From positions 2,221 to 66,220 of the forward strand of contig CAZFAP010000001.1 in assembly GCA_964516325.1 (NCBI GenBank): a stretch of 64,000 nt of DNA, read 5' to 3'. This stretch comes from an uncultured Verrucomicrobiota bacterium. GTDB taxonomy: Bacteria > Auribacterota > JABMQX01. Made by a program: the position numbers and the translations under genes. The notes under the pieces were generated by a model, which saw nothing but the letters and a program-made list of their open reading frames with translations, was not told the DNA's origin and ran no database searches. Shown piece by piece: positions 56,899-64,000 of the stretch. Positions within the stretch are counted from its first letter, which is position 1. Every line of letters starts with the position of its first letter.

Positions 56899-59262
56899 TC
56901 AAAACAATCGGTGCTCGGTTCTTTTTATAATCTCGTTCTGGAGGTCCGCGCCAAGCCCCACAAAATAGTCGCTGTAGCCGGCAACCCGTACAATCAGGTT
57001 TCGGTATTTCTCCGGATGCTTTTGCGCCTCACGCAGCGTTTCCGCCGTTACCACATTGAATTGGACGTGATGGCCGTCCATCCTGAAATACGTCCTGATA
57101 AGGTGGGCGAGCTTTGTGATCCCATCTTCGTCAGACAAAAGCTGAGGAGAGAACTTCTGGTTGAGGAGTGTCCCTCCCGTCTTGATGTGGTCCATTTTCG
57201 CCGCCGATTTGAGAACGGATGTCGGTCCATTGTGGTCCGCTCCCTGAACGGGTGAAATTCCTTCCGAGAGTGGCTCCATCGCATTCCTCCCGTCCGGAAG
57301 CGCCCCGACCGTCCGCCCAAAGTAAATATGAACGGTCGTTGGGAGGAGATTGATTCTGTGGCAGCCGCCTCGGGGGTTTGGCCGCCCATCAACGGCATCG
57401 TAGTACGCGTCGAATATTTGCTTCATTATCTCGTCGGCATAATCATCGTCGTTGCCGTATTTTGGCGTTTCGTATAAGAAGCGGTCTCTGAGGCTCTCGT
57501 CCTCGGCATAGTTGGTTTCCAGCGCCCGGAGCAGTTCTTTCATTGTGACATGTTTCTCGTCAAAGACATTATAGTTCACCGATGTCATCGCATCCGTCGC
57601 CGTCCCCAGCCCGACGCCTTGAATGTAGCTCGTGTTGTACCGCGCACCGCCGTCGTGGTAATCCTTCCCCTTCTCTATACAATCGTCAATGAGCAGCGAT
57701 AGGAAAGGTACGGGCACATACGTCGCGTACAGGCGCTCAATGATGTTGTTTCCCTTAATCTTGATGTCAATGAAGTGCCGCAACTGGATTCTGAACGCCG
57801 CAAACAGCTCATCAAATGTGCGAAATGAGGTGGGCTCCCCAGTCTCGACGCCGATTCTTTTGCCCGTTCCCGGATCCGCTCCGTTGTGCAGCGTGATCTC
57901 CAACACCTTAGGCAGATTGAAGTACCCGGTTAGAATGTAGGCTTCCTTTCCGAACGCGCCGCTTTCCACGCACCCGCTTGCCCCACCGCACCGCGCGTCT
58001 TCTATGGATTTTCGTTGCCGCATCAACTCCTGCACGATGGCATCCGTATTGAAAACCGAGGGCTGTCCAAAACCTGTCTTTACTATCTGAATAGCCCGCT
58101 TCAAGAAGCGATCGGGGTTCCTTTTGCTGAGTTGAATCATCGAACTGGGCTGGACGAGCCGCATCTCTTCGACGACGTCCAGAAGAACGTAAGAAAGCTC
58201 GTTCACGGCATCCGAGCCGTCCTGCTTTACCCCGCCCAGGTTGATCAGAGAGAAGTCCGTATAGGTGCTGCTTTCCTCCGCGGTAACGCCGACTTTCGGT
58301 GGCGCCGGGTGATTGTTGAACTTGATCCAGAAGGCCTGTAACAGTTCCCTTGCTTCCTCTTCGGTCAGAATCCCCGCTTCTATGTCTCGTTTGTAGAAGG
58401 GATATAGATGTTGGTCGAGTCTTCCCGGGTTGAACGAGTCCCAGGGATTTACTTCTGTGATCACGCCCACGTGCACGAACCAGTAATATTGAAGCGCCTC
58501 CCAAAACGTCTGCGGGGCATGGGCAGGGACTCTTCCGCAAATCTCCGCCATCTTCTCCAGCTCGTGTTTTCTTCTCGACTCCTTTTCTTTTTCCGCGAGT
58601 TCCTGAAGTCTCTCCGAATGGCGCCTGGCAAAAAGCATCAGCGCGTCGGCCGCGATGCTCATCGCCTTGAGTTCCTCGCTCTTATCATAAGCTTCTGGAT
58701 CAGTGTAATAATCCAATCGCTGCATGCTTCGACGGATGTCCTCCTTCAGGTCGAGAAAGCCCTTCCTGTAGATTTTGTCTCCCAGCGCGGTGTGTCCCGG
58801 CGCCCGCTGCTCCATGAACTCCGTGAAGACCCCGGCCTCATACGCCGCCTTCCAGTCCTCGGACATCTCCTGAAAGATGCGGTCTCTCATGGATTTCCCT
58901 GTCCAGTAGGGGATGATGCGGGTCTCATATATCCTTCTTGTCTCATCATCCACCGCGTATGGAATTCGCTCCCGAGAATGCAGAATTTCAAGGTCTTTCA
59001 GTGAGTGAATACATATTTCGGGATACGTGGGAGTCGCTTTAGGCTCCGGTCCTCTCTCCCCGACAATCAACTCGCCCTCGCCAATGTATAGCCTTTTGTT
59101 CTCGAGAATATGCTTGAATGCCAGCGCCCGCTTGACAGGGATGGACCCTTCTTCTGCTAAATCGCCTTGATAGAAATCTGTAATTAGGATTGCGCGTTCG
59201 AGGCAGATGCACGGCTTTCGACTGACACTTTGTTCTCGGAGCCTTTGTATCCTCTCGTTCAT
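56899..59262 (-). CDS. Glycyl radical enzyme of the eliminase/dehydratase class (Cys-x-Glu active site). Candidate trans-4-hydroxy-L-proline dehydratase (HypD-like); the substrate is not determinable from sequence alone.
   Basis: 787 aa; catalytic loop GASGCVESG (C-V-E, not the CC of PFL); C-terminal glycyl radical motif RVAGYSDYF. Confidence 0.85.
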   Translation of the reverse strand: MNERIQRLREQSVSRKPCICLERAILITDFYQGDLAEEGSIPVKRALAFKHILENKRLYIGEGELIVGERGPEPKATPTYPEICIHSLKDLEILHSRERIPYAVDDETRRIYETRIIPYWTGKSMRDRIFQEMSEDWKAAYEAGVFTEFMEQRAPGHTALGDKIYRKGFLDLKEDIRRSMQRLDYYTDPEAYDKSEELKAMSIAADALMLFARRHSERLQELAEKEKESRRKHELEKMAEICGRVPAHAPQTFWEALQYYWFVHVGVITEVNPWDSFNPGRLDQHLYPFYKRDIEAGILTEEEARELLQAFWIKFNNHPAPPKVGVTAEESSTYTDFSLINLGGVKQDGSDAVNELSYVLLDVVEEMRLVQPSSMIQLSKRNPDRFLKRAIQIVKTGFGQPSVFNTDAIVQELMRQRKSIEDARCGGASGCVESGAFGKEAYILTGYFNLPKVLEITLHNGADPGTGKRIGVETGEPTSFRTFDELFAAFRIQLRHFIDIKIKGNNIIERLYATYVPVPFLSLLIDDCIEKGKDYHDGGARYNTSYIQGVGLGTATDAMTSVNYNVFDEKHVTMKELLRALETNYAEDESLRDRFLYETPKYGNDDDYADEIMKQIFDAYYDAVDGRPNPRGGCHRINLLPTTVHIYFGRTVGALPDGRNAMEPLSEGISPVQGADHNGPTSVLKSAAKMDHIKTGGTLLNQKFSPQLLSDEDGITKLAHLIRTYFRMDGHHVQFNVVTAETLREAQKHPEKYRNLIVRVAGYSDYFVGLGADLQNEIIKRTEHRLF

Positions 59263-59264
59263 TC

Positions 59265-60065
59265 CTATCCTCCTACGGTGACCCGGATGCCGCAGCTTTC
59301 AAAACGTGTTCGGAGGTTTGTCATTGCATCGTCCGACGGCGGACGAACGCCCTCCATTGCATTTTTCCGGCGCAGCCCTCGATATTTCTCCGCCGCTATC
59401 GTGTGATAGGGAAGGAGCGAAACGTGCCTTATTGTTTTCGTCGAGACGATGAACTCGACAATCCCGAAGACGTTTTCTTCTGTGTCGGTTATCCCAGAGA
59501 TGACAGGAAAACGGACAACGACTGTTTTTGCCTGCTCATCAAGCGTTTTGAGGTTCTTGAGAATCATACGATTTGACACTCCCGTGTAGATTTGATGCTG
59601 GGCGTCGTCCATAAGCTTAACGTCATACAGGAAAAGGTCAACCTCCTCAACCACGGAGGCGAGCACGTCGGGGGCTGCGTAACCGGACGTGTCAAGACAT
59701 GTGTGAATACCCCTCTTCTTGCATGCATCGAGAAGTCCCCGGAGAAATTCCGGCTGCATCAGCGGCTCGCCCCCCGACAAGGTAACCCCGCCGCCCGATT
59801 CATCAAAAAACAGGATATCCCTTTCTACAATTTCCATAACCTCACGGACGTCAACCGCCCTGCCAACTACGTCGGTTCCGTCGGCGTGACCGGGCCCTTT
59901 GCGGCGGATTACCGAGATCATAGTCTCCCGATTCGGGTTTTGACCTTCCGGATTGTGGCACCACGGACATCTCAGAGGGCATCCTTTCAGAAAAACAGTT
60001 GTCCGGATGCCGGGTCCATCATGGATTGCATAACGTTTGATGTCAAACACCGTTCCCGTGGTCAT
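59265..60065 (-). CDS. Glycyl-radical enzyme activating protein (radical SAM)
   Basis: The N-terminus DGPGIRTTVFLKGCPLRCPWCHNPE has CxxxCxxC together with the GRE-AE-specific motif. Confidence 0.9.
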   Translation of the reverse strand: MTTGTVFDIKRYAIHDGPGIRTTVFLKGCPLRCPWCHNPEGQNPNRETMISVIRRKGPGHADGTDVVGRAVDVREVMEIVERDILFFDESGGGVTLSGGEPLMQPEFLRGLLDACKKRGIHTCLDTSGYAAPDVLASVVEEVDLFLYDVKLMDDAQHQIYTGVSNRMILKNLKTLDEQAKTVVVRFPVISGITDTEENVFGIVEFIVSTKTIRHVSLLPYHTIAAEKYRGLRRKNAMEGVRPPSDDAMTNLRTRFESCGIRVTVGG

Positions 60066-60169
60066 GCATTCCTTCTCGCGTTACTTCAGGCAAGCCTCGA
60101 GCGCCCGGTGTCCCGGCCAACTTGCAGATTATGGGGTGAAAGGAACACTGGGGTCCCGGAGGGTTCCTC

Positions 60170-61558
60170 TCAGCAGGCTGACATGTCCTCAACTTCCTCA
60201 ATCGTCTTTGGGATTCTCTTGCCGAGCACTCTGTGCCCATCTTCCAATACCAAAACGTCATCTTCTATTCTTACGCCGCCGAAATCCCTATAGTTAAGAA
60301 CCAAATCGTAGTTGATGAATTGCAACCATTTTCGTTCCGCTTTCCATCGGTCTATTAGCTCAGGGATGAAATAGACACCTGGCTCCACCGTTACTACAAA
60401 CCCCGGCTTGAGCGCCTTAGCCAGCCTCAGCGACCGCCAGCCAAACTCGGGACGCCTCCGAATGGAATCGGTATAACCGACGTAGTCCTCGCCGATGCCC
60501 TCCATATCATGGACATCGAGGCCCATCATGTGCCCCAAGCCGCAAGGGAAAAATAGGGTGTGCGCGCCCGCTTGCACAGCCTCTTCGGGGTTCCCTTTCA
60601 TCAAGCCAAGGTCTATCAGGTCGCAGGCCAGAATCACGCAAGCAGTGCGATGGACATCTCTGAACTCAATGCCCGGTCTGATTGCGTCAATGGCTTGCTC
60701 CTGCGCCCGCAGGACAATCTGATAGAGTTCCCTCTGTCTCTCGGTAAACCTCCCGCCAATGGCAATGGTTCTCGTAATGTCGCTCGCATAATGCAGGGGA
60801 GACTCTGCCCCGGAATCGTGAACAACAAGGTCGCCCTCTTTCAGAACATTTCCATGAAGGTGATTATGGAGTATTTGTCCCTGTCTTGAGAAGATGGTAG
60901 GGAAGGCAAGTCGCGCTTCCCTCGAGAGGGCAAGACCCTCGATGGCGCCCGCAATTTCCCTTTCATACATCTCGGGCCTCGAGGTTTTCATTGCGAGAGT
61001 ATGCATCTCATAAGTAATATCGAGCGCCATCTCAATTTGCCGAATTTCCTCCACTGATTTTACTGACCTCTGCGCCACGACAGCCTTGATTAAGGGCTCG
61101 GAGACGCAAGGGGGAATTGCCGCAGCGTCTATCCCCAGAAGCTGCTTGAGTCTCAGCACATTGTCCGGCCGGTACTGGGGAAGAAAATGAATCCTTCTCG
61201 CCTGATCAAGGGCTTTCTTCAGTCTTTCCTCGAGTTGACCACGCGGCGCGCTTTCATGGATTCCGACTTGCTCGCATCTTTCCTTCAAGCTCGCCTGCGG
61301 TCCCTTCCAGATAAGGTCGTCAATCGTCGGCTCGTCGCCAAATAGGGTCTCCGTCCCCTCCTGGACATCAAGGACGGCAGCAAGCCCCGGCGAGTCGAGT
61401 CCACAATAGTAGAGAAACGAGCTGTCCTGTCGAAAAGGGTATGGGTTGTCTCCGTAGTTCATGGGACTGTCGTCATGACCGAGTAGAAGGATCAGTCCTG
61501 CTTGTACAGCTCGCCTCAATCGCTCACGTCTTTCCATGTAAACGTTCGCAGGAAGCAC
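60170..61558 (-). CDS. pepP: Xaa-Pro aminopeptidase (M24B metallopeptidase, PepP-like)
   Basis: PepP N-terminal domain (YPFRQDSSFLYYCG); pita-bread fold metal ligands (HDSG...D, H, E...E). Confidence 0.85.
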   Translation of the reverse strand: MLPANVYMERRERLRRAVQAGLILLLGHDDSPMNYGDNPYPFRQDSSFLYYCGLDSPGLAAVLDVQEGTETLFGDEPTIDDLIWKGPQASLKERCEQVGIHESAPRGQLEERLKKALDQARRIHFLPQYRPDNVLRLKQLLGIDAAAIPPCVSEPLIKAVVAQRSVKSVEEIRQIEMALDITYEMHTLAMKTSRPEMYEREIAGAIEGLALSREARLAFPTIFSRQGQILHNHLHGNVLKEGDLVVHDSGAESPLHYASDITRTIAIGGRFTERQRELYQIVLRAQEQAIDAIRPGIEFRDVHRTACVILACDLIDLGLMKGNPEEAVQAGAHTLFFPCGLGHMMGLDVHDMEGIGEDYVGYTDSIRRRPEFGWRSLRLAKALKPGFVVTVEPGVYFIPELIDRWKAERKWLQFINYDLVLNYRDFGGVRIEDDVLVLEDGHRVLGKRIPKTIEEVEDMSAC

Positions 61559-61561
61559 TTC

Positions 61562-63358
61562 CTATTCCTCTTTCACGGTTTGTCGGCGCCGGCTGACCAG
61601 GCTGACGACGATCAGAGCTGCCACGGACAAGGCAATTGCGGGCAATACAGCGTCCAATTCCATAATCGAAGCTGGAAGCCAACGCCTCAGGAATCGCATT
61701 TCCTTCCAAGCTAATGTGACCACCGTTCCGGAGGCGATGGAAGCTATGGCGCCTTGTTTTGTGGCGCCTTTCCAGAACATTGCAGCGACGAGACATGGCG
61801 TGATTCCAGAGCCATAAACTGTATAGGCATAGAGCGCTTTCTGAAATACCGTTGTAGATTCTGCAAATGCAAGCGAAACCCAATAGCCTATCAAGCCGAG
61901 CATGAGCACGAGCATCCTGCTCAGAAAAACGATTCTCTTTTCCGCAGCCTTCGGATTCACGTGAGTCAGGTAAACATCTTTGATAAAGGTTGTCGCCGGG
62001 ACCAGGAGAAATGCATCCGCCGTCGAAATGATGATTCCAACGACCGTTACCAGGAAAAGTGCCCCCAAGATTAATGGCATGAAATGCTTCGCCGCGTAAA
62101 TAAGCACGTACTTCCCATTCTCCGGGTCCGGTATCATGCTCGCCGCAACCCAAGCAGCCGCGATAATCAAAAGTTCAATCGCCATCGCCGCAAAAATCAT
62201 TACAGTGACAGCCGTTTTCGCTCCTCTTGCGTCTTTGCTGGCGAAAATCCGCTGGTATAGGTTGGCGTCGCCCAACACGAGAAGGAAGACGGGAAGACAA
62301 TAGTTGATGAGTTTCGTTCCGGAATATACACCCCAGAACTCCATGTGATGCGGTCTGTCGCCCATGGCAGCGAATGCCGCCTGCATCCCGCTGAATCCTC
62401 CGGCTTTGTGCAACAGCACAGGAAAAGCGACAATCATTGAGATAGTTATGATGGTCCCTGTTACGATGTCCGTGAAAGCGAGGCTGAGCAATCCTGCCGA
62501 CATCGTATAGATGATGATAAAAATGGCGGCGATGACGGTGGCTTTTCCGGCTGTCAGCCTCGGTTCCGATAGGACAAGCTTGCCGTGCTCGGGTAGCGAG
62601 CCAATTCGATACAATTTTGTTCTGTTGCCCACGTGCTCGCCGTAGCCACAGAACACCACTTTTGCCATGCTGCCTTCCTTGATGGCGACACGATTCTTGA
62701 CCTTTTTAGACTCGATTTTCATCGAGGTAGCGGCAATCTCTTTCGGAGCCACGACAGCGATTTCAAAAGTTCGGACGCGATTTGACCAACTGTCGCCTTC
62801 CCGAACATGGAAGGTGATGGCTGTTGATCCCCTCCAGCCTCTATCGGGTTGAAATTGCAGGTACCCCTTTTCGACTTGGGATTTCGTGAGTTCGTCGTGG
62901 ACTTTTACTGCAATAGGCTCCTTTTTGCCTGCGATTACTTCCAGAACCATGCCCCCGGCATTAAATTGATAGCTCACGATCACCATATAGGCAATGATGA
63001 GCGCAACTACAGACAACAACCTCGCCGCGGGACCATACCGTTTTCCAACGATCTCAGGAACGCTAACAGCCTCCGATCTCCGAGCCTTGCCGGCTACGAG
63101 TGACAGGAGTATCATTCCGATGAAGGTGCCCACAGGGAGGATGAACGCGGCCAGTCCATCTCGATAAGCCTGCCCCGCATTCCCGACAATTGACCCTGTG
63201 CCAATCCAGGCAGCGAGCATCGTGCAAACAACAATCCAGGGCGACAGGGACCTTCCTGCTACCGAGAAATCGGCGCCGGTTCTAATCTGCCGCGATTTGT
63301 ATATCGCAATCCCGGTGAGAACCAATAAATATGCGAATATGGCAATGAGGTAGGTCAT
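61562..63358 (-). CDS. Sodium:solute symporter (SSS) family transporter with a ~145-aa hydrophilic insertion
   Basis: SSS N-terminal helices (GADFSVAGRSLSPW...AAWIGTGSIVG). The insertion between TM helices, KKEPIAVKVH...LSEPRLTAGK, carries no TM segment. Confidence 0.8.
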   Translation of the reverse strand: MTYLIAIFAYLLVLTGIAIYKSRQIRTGADFSVAGRSLSPWIVVCTMLAAWIGTGSIVGNAGQAYRDGLAAFILPVGTFIGMILLSLVAGKARRSEAVSVPEIVGKRYGPAARLLSVVALIIAYMVIVSYQFNAGGMVLEVIAGKKEPIAVKVHDELTKSQVEKGYLQFQPDRGWRGSTAITFHVREGDSWSNRVRTFEIAVVAPKEIAATSMKIESKKVKNRVAIKEGSMAKVVFCGYGEHVGNRTKLYRIGSLPEHGKLVLSEPRLTAGKATVIAAIFIIIYTMSAGLLSLAFTDIVTGTIITISMIVAFPVLLHKAGGFSGMQAAFAAMGDRPHHMEFWGVYSGTKLINYCLPVFLLVLGDANLYQRIFASKDARGAKTAVTVMIFAAMAIELLIIAAAWVAASMIPDPENGKYVLIYAAKHFMPLILGALFLVTVVGIIISTADAFLLVPATTFIKDVYLTHVNPKAAEKRIVFLSRMLVLMLGLIGYWVSLAFAESTTVFQKALYAYTVYGSGITPCLVAAMFWKGATKQGAIASIASGTVVTLAWKEMRFLRRWLPASIMELDAVLPAIALSVAALIVVSLVSRRRQTVKEE

Positions 63359-63434
63359 TTTGATGTCCCTGCCCGTGGAGAGTTCAATCTCCGGATGGGA
63401 CGCCCCAAGACCATGAACATTGGAACCGATGCTG

Positions 63435-64000
63435 TCATTTCACAAATTGCTCGGCAAAGTACCTCGGGGTTAATCCTTCGCCCGTCGCGCGCTGAATCAT
63501 GTGATTCCAATGGTAAATGGCTCCCGGCCCGAATACGTTCTCTCGGAGAAATTCGCCAGCCTTCTTTTGCCCCACATAACTAACCCCTCGATCCGACGTA
63601 AGCGCCAGAACCTTGTGAACAATGTAGTGATGGAGTTGAGATGCGAACAGTTCACCCAACATATAGTTATGATAATAACAAGGCGCCGTCGTGAAATGGA
63701 GCTTGGAAGCCCAGCCACAATCCGCATAGTCGGGCGGCGTGCTCAAGAACTGATATTTCCCTATGGTTTTCCACCAGAGAGAATCCAGGTCCTGGTCAGG
63801 GTTCGCGTAAAGCTGCTTTTCAAACTCGTACATCACCCCGGCCCAACGTGCGAACACGAGCTGTTGAAGTTGCATGTATTTGCGGCTCACCTTTTCGATC
63901 TGTTCCGTTTGGTCGTCTGGCAATTGCAGCACCTCCCGCATCCAAGCCGCATTCCGGCTCAAGCGGCCGAAGAACATGGCCATTCCTTCCGTGCTGAACG
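63435..64000 (-). CDS. C-terminal part of an M3-family oligoendopeptidase (PepF-like); the N-terminus lies beyond the window end
   Basis: The C-terminal helical domain pattern (HYIVH...AIYHWNHMIQRATGE) resembles M3B peptidases. The track shows only the last 182 aa. Confidence 0.45.
   Translation of the reverse strand, partial: FSTEGMAMFFGRLSRNAAWMREVLQLPDDQTEQIEKVSRKYMQLQQLVFARWAGVMYEFEKQLYANPDQDLDSLWWKTIGKYQFLSTPPDYADCGWASKLHFTTAPCYYHNYMLGELFASQLHHYIVHKVLALTSDRGVSYVGQKKAGEFLRENVFGPGAIYHWNHMIQRATGEGLTPRYFAEQFVK

Noticed and set aside
1-64000. CRISPR arrays, rRNA genes and IS elements with inverted terminal repeats
   Set aside because: No short regularly spaced direct repeats, no rRNA-like conserved stretches and no transposase ORFs were seen anywhere in the window.

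Overview
This 64-kb window is high-GC (about 62%), densely coding DNA, apparently from an uncultured strict anaerobe. It contains no rRNA and no CRISPR array; the only RNA gene is tRNA-Leu(UAA). Five blocks stand out. (1) Bases 1-15.4 kb: a cell-surface/glycan locus on the minus strand. It holds a partial GT-C-like polytopic membrane protein, two SAM methyltransferases, a hexapeptide acetyltransferase, an AsnB-type amidotransferase, a B12-binding radical SAM enzyme and a flippase-like membrane protein. It ends with a giant ~1800-aa secreted protein built from BNR motifs, 8 tandem ~105-aa BACON-like repeats and a pectate-lyase-type beta-helix. (2) 15.8-22.9 kb: a DUF4160/DUF2442 overlapping pair, an Nramp transporter, a secreted glycoside hydrolase, a Tat-signal DUF362 protein and an ArsR-ABC transporter operon. 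(3) 23.2-39.4 kb: a 16-kb, co-directional oxidative-stress island headed by a Fur/PerR-family regulator. It encodes superoxide reductase, a Family-1 encapsulin with an EncFtn-like ferritin cargo, rubrerythrin, further ferritin-like proteins, Tpx, an octaheme cytochrome c, desulfoferrodoxin, ferritin, Fe/Mn-SOD, a two-subunit 2-oxoacid:ferredoxin oxidoreductase, a ZIP transporter, an azoreductase, an alcohol dehydrogenase and a flavodiiron protein. (4) 39.4-44.1 kb: an ~880-bp hairpin-rich non-coding stretch, ApbE, tRNA-Leu and a degraded integrative-element remnant. (5) 44.2-64 kb: secreted proteins carrying FG-GAP, DUF5011 and Ig-like domains, then a minus-strand operon of PepF-like peptidase, SSS transporter, Xaa-Pro aminopeptidase, glycyl-radical-enzyme activase and an eliminase-type glycyl radical enzyme, with a DPP-IV-like S9 peptidase and an AmpG-like MFS transporter alongside. 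The most unusual observations are a shared ~65-aa C-terminal domain on three otherwise unrelated secreted proteins (a candidate sorting or anchoring module) and a gene that opens like a Ser/Thr kinase and switches after 26 residues into DUF5011/Ig-like domains. Also of note are near-identical intragenic DUF5011 DNA repeats and a membrane-anchored or dual-start Tpx. All gene starts are inferred from ATG/RBS context in the sequence; no database searches were run.
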